Of a DNA stretch of 64,000 nt, positions 1-62,135 are shown piece by piece; within the stretch, counting starts at the first letter, position 1; each line of letters starts with the position of its first letter. The position numbers were made by a program, and so were the translations under genes. Under the pieces are notes generated by a model. That model was not told the DNA's origin, made no database searches, and was given only the letters and a program-made list of their open reading frames with translations. The DNA is from Octopus sinensis. Lineage: Eukaryota. The stretch lies in contig NC_043023.1 in the NCBI RefSeq assembly GCF_006345805.1, forward strand, positions 9,548,001 to 9,612,000, written 5' to 3'.

Positions 1-268
1 CGCGAGATCAGCTATCCGCTATTTCTATGTTTATATATTGTGAGCAGGGACGATTGATTACCTTATCTATTAGGCAGGTAAAGACCCAGAAAGCACGGCC
101 TTGCCAAGCTGGAGGGGAGTGATTTGCCCCCTTTCTCAAAAAATATAGGACACAGATTGTATGCCATTAAGCAGCTGGAAAAGACATTTTCCTTGGGTTA
201 AAATGTAATAACACAATTATTTATGCTGTTAGAAACATACAAACACATACACGCATAATATATATATG

Positions 269-300
<32 letters not shown>

Positions 301-404
301 AAATGTGCTGTAATATTTACAGCTGTTAATAAAATGTTTTAGTTTGAAACAATTGTACTAAATTACCGGATTCATTCTTGTTGCTTATTTTTATATATAT
401 GTAA

Positions 405-512
405 ATGGATGAATGAATTATCCTTTGTCTACTGCTAACATGGAATTCAATAAACATTTACCAGGGTAGCAAAATTCACGTGAGTAACATGGATGAAGCG
501 ACCTATTCAAAG
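405..512 (+). other. Candidate first (signal-peptide) exon with in-frame TGA at codon 4
   Basis: Reads MDE*IILCLLLTWNSINIYQGSKIHVSNMDEATYSK, then gtagaa; alternative donor gtgagt at 480. Phase 0, so a linking exon to the phase-2 LRR exons would be needed; none was found. Confidence 0.3.
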
Positions 513-625
513 GTAGAAACTCCGGGTTAATGTGCAATAATTTGTATAGTATAAGTAAATAAATAGAGTTGAACGATGTTATTAAAATTCATTTAATAAC
601 ATCTTCGTTCAACTCCATTTATTTA

Positions 626-669
<44 letters not shown>

Positions 670-674
670 TACAT

Positions 675-709
<35 letters not shown>

Positions 710-865
710 CATATATACATACACACACACACACATATATATGTGTGTCTGTGTGTGTGCATACACGCATATACTTACAAACAAACATTCATTCCATATA
801 CAAGATTTCAATTTGAAAATAAGCATCGTTTAATTCAGTGCAATTTATTTATATGTAGTTATATA

Positions 866-1663
866 TCAGTTCCTCGAATAAGTTCTGTCCGAATTTTGAA
901 TAAAGAAAACAAGTGATCAAATGTTACATTTAGAGAGAAGAATCTTTTCCCCACGGAGTTCCCTTCTCGGTTGTGGTTGAGCTTTTTCCCTTTTACCAAG
1001 CCACTGTTTACGATGTTTAACTTTTCGATAGAAAAATCCATTTTTCGTCACCAGTCACAAGTCTATACAAAAAAGGTGAAATGAGTTCGCGAGAATGGAG
1101 AGAAGAGCAGATGTCAACTCGGGATTTGCGGCTGCTTTCGGGCAGTTCATGAGGCACCTATTTTCCACGTTTAAGAACCTTTCCAAGTTGTTGAAGAAGA
1201 CGATGAACAGTTGTATGGTTTGAACTAAGCTTTATTGCCAATTCTTCAAACGATATTGCATGATTTTCTTCTAGGAGCTTATCATCAAGCTCAACTGGAC
1301 GTCCTGTTCAATCTTCATCTTCAAGGCTGAAATCTCCACTTATGAATTTTGCAAACCATCTTCTGCAAGTTCTTTCATTCTAGCATTCTTGTATGTTTCG
1401 AGTCGTTTCGGCTGCAGAATTTCCCTTTTTGTACTCATAAAGCATTGTGTGTCTTAAATACTCGTTGGATACTTCAATGTTAGAAAGGGTTTTAATTAAC
1501 GAAATTTCATTTCTATTATTCTGTAAAATAATATTTAATTAGTTTAAATGTACACAAATTTATTAAAAATAATTTTTAATTCCATTAGACATTCTAATTT
1601 ACTATTAAATTCCATTCAATTTTAAAAGCTGTAAAATCGGACAGAACTTATGGGATGATCTGA
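866..1663 (-). mobile_element. Internally deleted mariner transposon
   Basis: Imperfect TIRs (tcagttcctcgaataagttctgtccg / cggacagaacttatgggatgatctga) and TA target duplication; minus strand gives decayed RTCRRWFAKFISGDFSLEDE..GRP...VPHEL. Confidence 0.85.
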
Positions 1664-1859
1664 TAGACGAACACAAACGCATGCAATGAGACACAGACAG
1701 TCACATATATACACATATATACACATATACTCACAAATATTTCTATTCGGATCTATGCAATTATGATTATCATCATAATCACCAGGATCATCTTCCTCAT
1801 AACCATTACCATTTTCTTTCCAGGATTATGATTATTAATCCTTATCTATACTAATAATT

Positions 1860-2170
1860 ACTTATGTTAACATCATCCTTATAATCATCATTATCATTAT
1901 CAACAGTGATGTTATCACCATCGTTGGCAGCAATCCCACTATGATCAACATTACCAGCAATGTCAAAGCCCACACAACCACATAATCACCATCATTACTA
2001 ATACCACCACCACCACTACCACCACCACCACCAGTACCACCACCACCATCACCACCATCGCAACTACCACCATCACCACCACCAACCCCACCACCATCGC
2101 TACTACCACCATCACCACCACTACCACCATCACCCACCACCATCACTATCACCACCCCCACCCCCACCCC

Positions 2171-2205
<35 letters not shown>

Positions 2206-2240
2206 CTATTATCGTCATCATCATCAGTATTATCATCCCC
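1860..2240. repeat. (CAT/CAC)n trinucleotide tract
   Basis: Visible directly. Confidence 0.9.
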
Positions 2241-2385
2241 ACGCTCTCAAATAGTACTTGCTCTTCTAATTCTTTTCCTTCTATTTCAGCATCTAATTTA
2301 TTAGATATTTATTAGATATTATAATTCATATTTTATTACAAATCTGTTCTTTGCTAATTCTAAACACTTGTCTTTTGTCTCACAG

Positions 2386-52354
<49,969 letters not shown>

Positions 52355-52432
52355 GTAAGTATAATTTGGTGATTCTTATTCCTACCGCCACAAAAACCAA
52401 TATTGTCATGATGGAAATGATCACAAACAAAA

Positions 52433-52514
52433 CTTTCACCAACTCCATCACACATAGGACAGACATCATCACAAATGTCAACTCACCTCTCATCACTACC
52501 ATAATCACCATCAC

Positions 52515-52555
<41 letters not shown>

Positions 52556-52603
52556 CCACAAGTATATATTCTCTCTGTGTCTATATGAGGTCTATATGAA
52601 AAT

Positions 52604-52664
<61 letters not shown>

Positions 52665-52840
52665 ATATATTTAAAATATATATATATATTTATATATATA
52701 TATATATTTACATATAGACCTCATATAGACACAGAGAGAATATATACATGTGGTGATGATGATGATGATGAGGATGGTGATGAGAGGTGAGTTGATATTT
52801 GTGATTATGTCTGTCCTATGTGTGATGGAGTTGGTGGAAG
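52433..52840. repeat. Imperfect inverted duplication centred on a (TA)n tract
   Basis: 52433-52610 is the reverse complement of about 52700-52840. Confidence 0.88.
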
Positions 52841-52888
<48 letters not shown>

Positions 52889-53012
52889 CATACATACATG
52901 CGTGTATGTGTGTCTCATATACATACGGGTGTATGTGTATGCATATATGTTTGTGTATATATGTGTTTGTGTCGGCTTGTGTGAACGCATGTGCTCGTTT
53001 GCTTGTGTGTAG

Positions 53013-53059
53013 TAAGCAATGAAGAAAGGATAGCTCAAAACATCACTCCACATATTTGA
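53013..53059 (+). CDS. Candidate terminal coding exon of the aGPCR
   Basis: tgtag|[15 protein letters not shown] in the matching phase 1; nothing beyond phase and an acceptor supports it. Confidence 0.25.
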
Positions 53060-53326
53060 GTAACATGTTTATTTATCTCTAATATAATGCTTATTGCATA
53101 TCACATTGTGTAAATCCACACTGTTGCATAAGCAATATATTTCCTCGACTGATATTCAGTCAGCCGGCGAAATACTATCAATGTACGAAGATGGAGATAT
53201 TTATGAACAAACAAAATGAAATGGGCATTTTCAAAGTTGGATGAAGAGATTAAAACCTGCGATCAATCAAACTGCATGATTAAAAAAAATACAGCAAATT
53301 CATATATGCGTATTGAATTTTGTGAA

Positions 53327-53645
53327 GGTTCATGGCTTAGTGGTTAGGGCATTCGGCTCACGATTGTAATGTCATGAGTTCAATTCCCGGCGGCGCGTTG
53401 TGTCCTTGAGCAAGACACTTTATTTCACGTTGCTCCAGTCCACTCAGCTGGCAAAAATGAGTTGTACCTGTAAAACAAAGGGCCGACCTTGTCACACATT
53501 GTGTCACGCTGAATCTCCCTGAGAACTACGTTAGGGGTACGCGTGTCTGTGGATTGCTCAGTCACTTGCACGTTAATTTCATGAGCAGGCTGTTTCGATG
53601 ATCATATCAGCTGGGACCCTCGTCATCGTAACCGACGGAGTGCTC
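53327..53645 (+). mobile_element. SINE family E
   Basis: Related to 24202-24522. Confidence 0.72.
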
Positions 53646-54369
53646 CTATTGAATTTAGTTAGTGGGTATTTGATTGTCATTTGATGCCTTGTAAAAAACA
53701 AAATAGCTATTGCCAAAGTAAGTCAAGCAGCTTCCAAAATGACAGGCACCAAGGCACCTACCAGAATACGTCTGTTTTTAAGATAACTGAGCAGAAATAC
53801 AATTCGAAGTTTTAAGTCGCAGATATGAAATATATCGTACATGTCCACACATACATATGCCAAATAAATACTCATTTAGCAGTGTAGAAAATTAAACCGC
53901 AAATACAGAATGTATAAATATATATACAGCTATAGGCCCACGTAAAGTATATACACAACCATGCAAACCTGTAACTGAATAGAGCTAAAGTGTTCATCTT
54001 TTTTATATAAAGTTGCCCGGTTTTTCTGGAAAATAGCCAGCTGGAGGAGATGTTCTCCTGGGGCTACAAGCTACAGCAACATCCACCCTTAGTAGTTAGC
54101 CTTACTGAGATGGCAAATATACCTCACATTGTCGTGCAGTTACTGTTTATACCTCGTTCAGAGATTTATTATTCCTGAACCAATATCTTACAACGTACTC
54201 CCGAAAATTCTTATTGCCTGTCAGTGTAAATACTGTTTTCAATATAAACCTTGTTGTTCATCCCTACTTCTGTAAAAACATTTTTGTCACTTTTTGGAAG
54301 AGTTGATGACAATTGTTATGTATAAAATTTAAGGTCTGTGAACTATTGAGTCTAGAAATTAATATATAT

Positions 54370-54965
54370 AGGCGCAGAAGTGGCTGTGTGGTAGGTATCT
54401 TGCTTAGCAACCACATGGTTCCGGGTTCAGTCCCACTGCGTGGCACCTTGGCCAAGTGTCTTCTACTATAGCCTTGGGCCGACCAAAGCCTTGTGAGTGG
54501 ATGTGGTAGACGGAAACTGAAAGAAGCCCATCGTATATAGGCGCAGGAGTGGCTGTGTGGTAAGTAGCTTGTTTACCAACCACATGGTTCGGGGTTCAGT
54601 CCCACTGCGTGGCACCTTGGGCAAGTGTCTTCTACAACAGCCTCGGGCCGACCAAAGCCTTGTGAGTGGATTTGGTAGACGGAAACTGAAAGAAGCCTGT
54701 CGTATATATGTATATATATATATATACATATATATGTGTATGTGTGTGTGTTTGTGTGTCTGTGTTTGACCCCCTAGCATTGCTTGACAACCGATGCTGG
54801 TGTGTTTACGTCCCCGTAACTTAGCGGTTCGGCAAAAGAGACCGATAGAATAAGTACTGGGCTTAGAAAGAATAAGTACGGGGGGTCGAGTTGCTCGATT
54901 AAAGGCGGTGCTCCAGCATGGCCGCAGTCAAATGACTGAAACAAGTAAAAGAGTAAAAGAGTAAG
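54370..54965 (+). mobile_element. SINE family A with tandem duplicated head
   Basis: aggcgcag head at 54370 and 54539. Confidence 0.85.
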
Positions 54966-55219
54966 AGTATATATATATAGTTTTCTCATTATGTTTCCAG
55001 GTTCAATCTCCCACCATGAAACAGAATGTAAAAAAGCAGAAACGAACTTGTAAATGAAAATCAAGAAAATGCCTTCAAGAGAAGTCTTTGATTATATTTT
55101 ACGTCACAAAATGTTCATTTATTATATTAAACTCAGTAAATATATTCTAACGGCCTATTTCATATTTATCTTTTTGCTTTCTCAGATAATCTGTAGTATA
55201 CATGTGTGTGTGTGTGTGT

Positions 55220-55261
<42 letters not shown>

Positions 55262-55611
55262 TGTCTTCAAGAGTCGCCTTTGTTTATATTTTGCCTCAAT
55301 TTTTCTTCTTATATTCCATGAAGCACACTTTTATATAACGTAGCTTTATTTTTTTGCCTCTCGATATAACGTTACGCAACGTAGAGACTCTAAAATCTGA
55401 AATAAGGTAATTTTAAACGAGTCTAGTTGCATGACTATTGCCGGAAACGCAAAAAGAAAAAAAAAAAAAAATGAAAATATTCTGTAAATCATAGTCACTC
55501 CATATTTTTCGACTGTAAATTTCACTGTTGTCTGTCCTTGCAATGTAATATTTTAATTTTTATGAATAAAATTGTTTTTTTACCTCAACTTTTCGGAGAC
55601 TGGGCTTAATC

Positions 55612-55680
<69 letters not shown>

Positions 55681-55701
55681 TATGATGATGATGATTTCTC
55701 A

Positions 55702-55860
55702 CAGGAGTGGCTGTGTGGTAAGTAGCTTGCTAACCAACCACATGGTTCCGGGTTCAATCCCACTGCGTGGCATCTTGGGCAAGTGTCTTCTGCTATAGCC
55801 CCGGGCCGACCAATGCCTTGTGAGTGGATTTGGTAGACGGAAACTGAAAGAAGCCTGTCG

Positions 55861-55901
<41 letters not shown>

Positions 55902-56121
55902 TTGTGTGTCTGTGTTTGTTCCCCTAGCATTGCTTGACAACCGATGCTGGTGTGTTTACGTCCCCGTCACTTAGCGGTTCGGCAAAAAGAGACCGATAGA
56001 ATAAGTACTGGGCTTACAAAAAGAATAAGTCCCGGGGTCGAGTTGCTCGACTAAAGGCGGTGCTCCAGCATGGCCGCAGTCAAATGACTGAAACAAGTAA
56101 AAGAGTAAAGAGTAAAAAGAG
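55702..56121 (+). mobile_element. SINE family A
   Basis: Near full-length copy. Confidence 0.88.
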
Positions 56122-56123
56122 TA

Positions 56124-56264
56124 TAAGGTTGTCCCAAAAGTTCGTAGAAAGTCTTGGAAAATAATGGTCTTTATTTTGAGGAATAATTTTTGTTGTTTTT
56201 GTTAATACTTGGCGAGTAAAAATTCAATTTTCGCAAGTGTTTACGAACTTTTGGGACAACCTAA
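56124..56264. mobile_element. Mariner-type MITE, about 141 bp
   Basis: TIRs aggttgtcccaaaagttcgta / tacgaacttttgggacaacct, TA flanks. Confidence 0.8.
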
Positions 56265-56399
56265 TAATTATAATATATACATATGTACATATGCATACAC
56301 ACACATATATACATACATACATATGCATACACACACATATATACATACATACGCATGCAAACACACACATATATACATACGTACATGCATGCATGCATA

Positions 56400-56432
<33 letters not shown>

Positions 56433-56829
56433 ACCCACACACATGCGCACAAGCAAACAAATGTGAACGCAGGGTAAATAACGGACAGAGTCAAGACTAT
56501 TGAAAAGGTTGCAAGGCGCAACGAAAATTTTAGGAAAATAAAAATAAGAAATAAGTGGAAATTTTACCAGTGAGTGTGTTACATTATAAGGCACAAAAAG
56601 AAAATGACTCAACAGAATATGCTTCATCACACGAACTCATATAAAGAATCTTGCAAACCAAATCCAAAAATGAATTATAATGATAATAATAATAAAAGTA
56701 AAATCAAAGCAATTAGCACGACATGCAGGAAAAGACAAAAAGAGAGTTCTTGTCGGCGAGTGAGATAAATATTGGTTTCAAAGCTGAATGTCAGAAATAT
56801 AATTTCGACACTAAACTCGTGCGCAGTCG

Positions 56830-57420
56830 CAGTCGTTCAGTATGATGCTGGAATCCTGAGGTGGACAGAGGAGGAGGTAAAGGAGATGGAGAGGTAGTCA
56901 AGGAAAGTCCTAACGATAGACAGGGCCCATCACCCACGCGCAGACACTGATTGCCTATACATGAAAACAGCGAATAGACGAAGAAGACTGATAAGTGTGG
57001 ATGACTGCGTGCGTATCGAACTCGAGAGTTTAACCCTTTAGTGTTTAAACTGGCCAAATCCGGCCCAATATATTCTACATGTTTTATATTCAAACTGGCG
57101 ATGTCTAGCCTCTCACACCTAACCTACAATGCCATTTTAAAAATAAGTAATCACATCATTGAAATCTCAAAGCTGTAAGATGATCCAAGATTAATTCAAA
57201 ACAATTTGAGTGAAAAAGTATTACATTTAACAGAGTAATCTGAACACTAAAGGGTTAAGGAGATACCTAGCCCAAAGTCAGGAAAGCTTGCTGATCACAA
57301 GAACGAGGGTGTATAGAGAGCAGAGAAATAAGGATAAACAAAGGAGGAAGTACGAAAAGGACACGAAGAATAATTACCAAAGAAGGGACTGCACGAACAA
57401 TTCCAAGTAGCCAAAGCAGA
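56830..57420 (+). mobile_element. Decayed RLE-type (R4-like) LINE fragment split by a piggyBac MITE
   Basis: AGILRWTEEEVKEM...HHPRADTDCLYM...RRLISVDDCVRIELES continuing after the TTAA. Confidence 0.6.
57034..57254. mobile_element. piggyBac-like MITE, 221 bp
   Basis: TTAA-CCCTTTAGTGTT...AACACTAAAGGG-TTAA. Confidence 0.85.
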
Positions 57421-57431
57421 AATAACTGGAA

Positions 57432-58015
57432 GGCAGCGAGCTGGCAGAAACGTTAGCACGCCGGGCGAAATGCTTAGTGGCATTTCGTCTGCCATTACGT
57501 TCTGAGTTCAAATTCCGCCGAGGTCGACTTTGCTTTTCATCCTTTCGGGGTCGATAAATTAAGTAGCAGTTACGCACTGGGGTCAATATAATCGACTTAG
57601 TCCATTTCTCTGTCCTTGTTTGTCCCCTCTCTACGTTTAGCCCCTTGTGGGTAGTAAATAAATAGATATTTCGTCTGCCGCTACGTTCTGAGTTCAAATT
57701 CCGCCGAGGTCGACTTTGCTTTTCATCCTTTCGGGATCGATAAATTAAGTAGCAGTTACGCACTGGGGTCAATATAATCGACTTAGTCCATTTCTCTGTC
57801 CTTGTTTGTCCCCTCTCTACGTTTAGCCCCTTGTGGGTAGTAAATAAATAGATATTTCGTCTGCCGCTACGTTCTGAGTTCAAATTCCGCCGAGGTCGAC
57901 TTTGCTTTTCATCCTTTCGGGGTCGATAAATTAAGTAGCAGTTACGCACTGGGGTAGATATAATTGACTTAATCCGTTTGTCTGTCCTTGTCTGTCCTTT
58001 CTGTGTTTAGCCCCT
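57432..58015 (+). mobile_element. SINE family C concatemer (head + 3 bodies)
   Basis: Units about 184 nt, first two near-identical. Confidence 0.87.
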
Positions 58016-58665
58016 GATTACAAAAGATAAAAATATTAAATTTCTAAATATCTCAGAGAGATATAAGCTTATATCTCTCTGGACTTATAAAGACATCGAA
58101 ATAGTTCTTTATCTAGGGCAGGTAAAGTTTCCGAGATTCAGGCTACTCCTTTACAGTGTAGTTAGGGGCTGTAACCTTAGTGCTGTCAAGTACACACTCT
58201 ATGGTTCTTTTCAATGGTTGATACTACCATACCGGCACCACTCGAGTAAGGTAATTATTTAACAAATAAATGGGGCCCTAACAGGTAGTACTACTCCGAG
58301 CCAGAGCAGACCTGGGTGTGATGACAATGAAGGGGTAACTCCACATTCCCCACAACTCCTGAACTCCTGAACTGGAACTTTCCCACTGAATGCAGTTTAT
58401 TGTCATACCAAGGACAAATCAATATTCTAGCTAATAGATTATAGTTGCATAGCCAAATATCATGTCCCTATCAGCGATTAAAGTGTTAATATGTTTCGGA
58501 TTATAAAGAGAATTGAGCATCAATATCATCAACAAGATTCATACAGAGACAGGTTGTTCAGTAAGAAAATAATTCCAGAAACGTCTTTCTCGGACTAGGA
58601 GAGACAGTGAAATGTCAAGCACACTTTTCTGTAGTGGATTAATAGACATTATATGCGGAGGATAA

Positions 58666-58900
58666 GGCGGTGAGCTGGCAGAAACGTTAGCACGCCGGGC
58701 GAAATGCTTAGCAGTATTTCTTCTGCCGTTACGTTCTGTGTTCAAATTCCGCCGAGGTCAACTTTGCCTTTCATCCTTTCGGGGTCGATTAAATTAGTAG
58801 CAGTTACGCACTGGGGTCGATATAATTGACTTAATCCGTTTGCCTGACCTTGTTTGTCCTCTCTGTGTTTAGCCCCTTGTGTGTAGTAAAGAAATAGGTA
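58666..58900 (+). mobile_element. SINE family C monomer
   Basis: Flanked by duplicated attatatgcggagg. Confidence 0.87.
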
Positions 58901-59139
58901 TTATATGCGGAGGTATTTTGTGGTAACATTTTAATGTGGGTAAGGACACGGCGCCTTTTATTAGAATTGATTTTGCAAATGATGCATAAATAAATATATT
59001 GCTCTTTAAGTGCTGACTGCGATATGGATGAGCTCGACCACTTCGTATTTAAAATAGTGTAATTAGCAAACAATGTAGAAAAGGGAAGAGTATCGTTCAG
59101 ACATTTTTCAGCAGCACTCAAGATTTTTGCTCATATATA

Positions 59140-59679
59140 CAGGGTCAGGCAAAATGATCTGACACATTTGTAGGTTAAATAAAAGGCAAATGAAGTAAAG
59201 AAACAAAAAAGTGTTTTTATTTTTGAAAAGTACATATAATGCCATTTTGTTTCATAATGTTTTAAAAATTAAATCAGTCAAATAGGATCCATTATTGTCC
59301 GCACACTGTCGAAGGCGTTCACGAAAGTTGTCAATAACTCGGCTGGTCATTTCATGCGATTTTTTTCTCTGGGGATACCTCAAGTCAAAGGTATACATTA
59401 ATCGCCCTCGATCTATTGAACAACTTAAAGATGCAATTCGTCAAGAAATTACTGCCATTCCACGTGAAATGACCCGTCGAGTTATTGACAACTTTCGTGA
59501 ACGCCTTCGACAGTGTGTGGACAATAATGGATCCCATTTGACTGATTTAATTTTTAAAACATTATGAAACAAAATGGCATTATATGTACTTTTCAAAAAT
59601 AAAAACACTTTTTTGTTTCTTTACTTCATTTGCCTTTTATTTAACCTACAAATGTGTCAGATCATTTTGCCTGACCCTG
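59140..59679. mobile_element. Tc1/mariner-family foldback element with about 215-bp inverted arms
   Basis: TA-CAGGGTCAGGCAAAATGATCTGACAC...GTGTCAGATCATTTTGCCTGACCCTG-TA; carries transposase C-terminus CDFFLWGYLKSKVY. Confidence 0.9.
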
Positions 59680-60107
59680 TATATAATGCAGTTGGCTACA
59701 CAAATATTCATGGTAAAGAGGCAGAACACGGATGTATTTCCCAGATAACATACATTATCCAATAACATGCAACCACAGGAGAAACTGCCGCTGATGTTGA
59801 AAAACAAAACACTTAGAGATGAATTACATATAGTTGGGCTGTGTATTCAGTACGTGTATCGGATACAGCTGCAGTTTTAGACAATAAACTTCTATGAGGA
59901 GATACAACAAGCGAATCAGTGTTTAAACGGTATACAAATGTTGAGAAACTTACAATTGAAGTCATATTTGGAGCCGGCATTAAAGAGGTAAGCCAATTCT
60001 GTTACCTTGCTTTTATGATAAAAATTTTAAATGCACTCACGTATACATAGATATATATGATTTATTGATCTATACATCTCTGTCTTTACTCCTCTCTCTC
60101 TTACCAT

Positions 60108-60138
<31 letters not shown>

Positions 60139-60156
60139 CCTATCTCTCGGTCACTC

Positions 60157-60226
<70 letters not shown>

Positions 60227-60257
60227 TATATACATATATATATACGTATATATATAC

Positions 60258-60480
60258 ATATACATATATATAACGGGAAGCTTTATGAAAATAAACAAAA
60301 GACGAAGGCAGGTGGAAAACAAACGAACAATTGTATTAGTATGGCGCTCAGGAAATATAAATAAAACAAGTCTTTAACGTTTCGAGCCTACGCTCTTCAA
60401 CAGAAAGATACACAGAGGGAGAAAAACACAGAAAGAAGGAGAGAAAAAAAATGTGTGCAGTAGCTAACGAATCAACATGG
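60258..60480 (-). mobile_element. Dispersed repeat with variant hammerhead-like motif (60371-60408)
   Basis: Reverse complement of 9181-9400. Confidence 0.7.
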
Positions 60481-60954
60481 CGATCTGATTTCGGCCAGAG
60501 GTCAAAGATCAAACATGAGACGCGAGAGCGAATAAGGGGAGATAATAGGGTTGATAAAGGGTTGAGGGACCAGCTAAAAGTGCGTGGGAGGGGTCTGGAT
60601 GTGTGTATGTATAGGGTTGGTGTATGTATTAGTATGTATAAGGGTGTGTGTGTGTGTGTGTGTGTGTATGAGAGAGTATTAGTGCGTAGGATTGGTCTGG
60701 ACGTGCTTATGTATGGGGTTGGTGTATGTATTAGTATGTATTAGTATGTATTAGTACGTATTGGTATGTATAGGTGTGTGTGTGTGTGTGAGAGAGTATA
60801 AGTGCGTATGCGGTGTCTGGACGTGTGTATGTATAGGGTTGGTGTAAGTATTAGTATGTACTAGTATGTATTAGTACGTATTAGTATGTATTAGTTGGTG
60901 TGTGTATTAGTATGGCACATCATATGTGATGTGATGTGTAAAGTCATGTGGTGT

Positions 60955-61270
60955 AGTGAGGAGAATAGGGGAGGGGGAGAATAGGGGGGGAGAGAAGGGG
61001 AGGGGAAGAAGAGGGGGAGGAGAAGGGGGAAGAGGAGAGGATGTGGGAGAAGGAAGGGGAGGAGGGGGATGAAGGAGGAAAGAGGGAGAGAGGGAGAGAG
61101 AAGGGGAGAGAGGGAGTGAGGGAGCAGAGGGAAGGGGAAGAGGGAGGGAGAAAGAGGGAAGAAGGGAAGGGGAGTAGGGGTGAAAGGATGAAGGACTGAA
61201 GAAGTAGGGGTCGGGGGGAGAAAGGATAGGTGAGGATGGGGGAGAGGGGGGTTAGATGAGGAGGGGGAGA
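60955..61270. repeat. Polypurine (G/A) tract
   Basis: Almost purely G/A on the + strand. Confidence 0.9.
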
Positions 61271-61460
61271 GTTGAGACCAAATGGCGTATAAGAGCGAAG
61301 AGAGAAGATTAATTCCTGTTCACGGCGCAAACGGAATCCGGATGGCCTCTGTGTAAGGACAAACCGAACACAGATAGGTGTTGCAAGGAGTGACCGGTGG
61401 AGCGGAATGGCGTGAGACCGGTGTGTCGTTCGCAAGGTGGATGTCACGAAGGTGACACAT

Positions 61461-61557
<97 letters not shown>

Positions 61558-61726
61558 TACATATATGCATACATACATACAGACAATCTGTTTCTACCTG
61601 AATACAGATTTTTTTCACTTCATGTGAGGTATTGTATGTTTCGTTTGTTGTTTATCGTTTTTCGTTTGTTGTTTACTAGTCCTTTTTTTTCTCAACCTCA
61701 TGTTCTTATATCACATTGTTCTAGAT

Positions 61727-62135
61727 CAGGGGTGGCCAACTTTCCGTCAACTAGGGGCCCGCATCGTACCATTTCTAAGTGGGAGAGGGCCGCATGGTAC
61801 AACACATATGCATGAAATATTATTTGCCCACTTTACACTAAATTTTTTGCAGTTCTTAATTTTATTTGAAATTTTATTTGCCTTAGTATGAAAGTTTATT
61901 GGTCGCAGTATGAAATTTTATTTGCCTTAGTATGAAAGTTTATTGGTCGCAGTATGAAATTTTATTTGCCTTAGTATGAAAGTTTATTGGTCGTAGTATG
62001 AAAGTTTATTTGCCTTAGTATGAAAGTTTATTGGTCGCAGTATGAAATTTTATTTGCCTTAGTATGAAATTAGTAACCGAGAAACTCGGCGAGGGGCACA
62101 AAATAACATGTCGAGGGCGGCAGTTTACCAATGCA
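61727..62135. mobile_element. Possible hAT-type MITE containing the 22-bp repeat
   Basis: Starts CAGGGGTGGCCAAC; right end degenerate; no clear TSD. Confidence 0.4.

Noticed and set aside
413-465. Alternative first exon MNYPLSTANMEFNKHLPG with a phase-2 donor at 466
   Set aside because: Would join LRR exon 1 in frame but has no signal peptide and a weak donor; cannot be told from chance.
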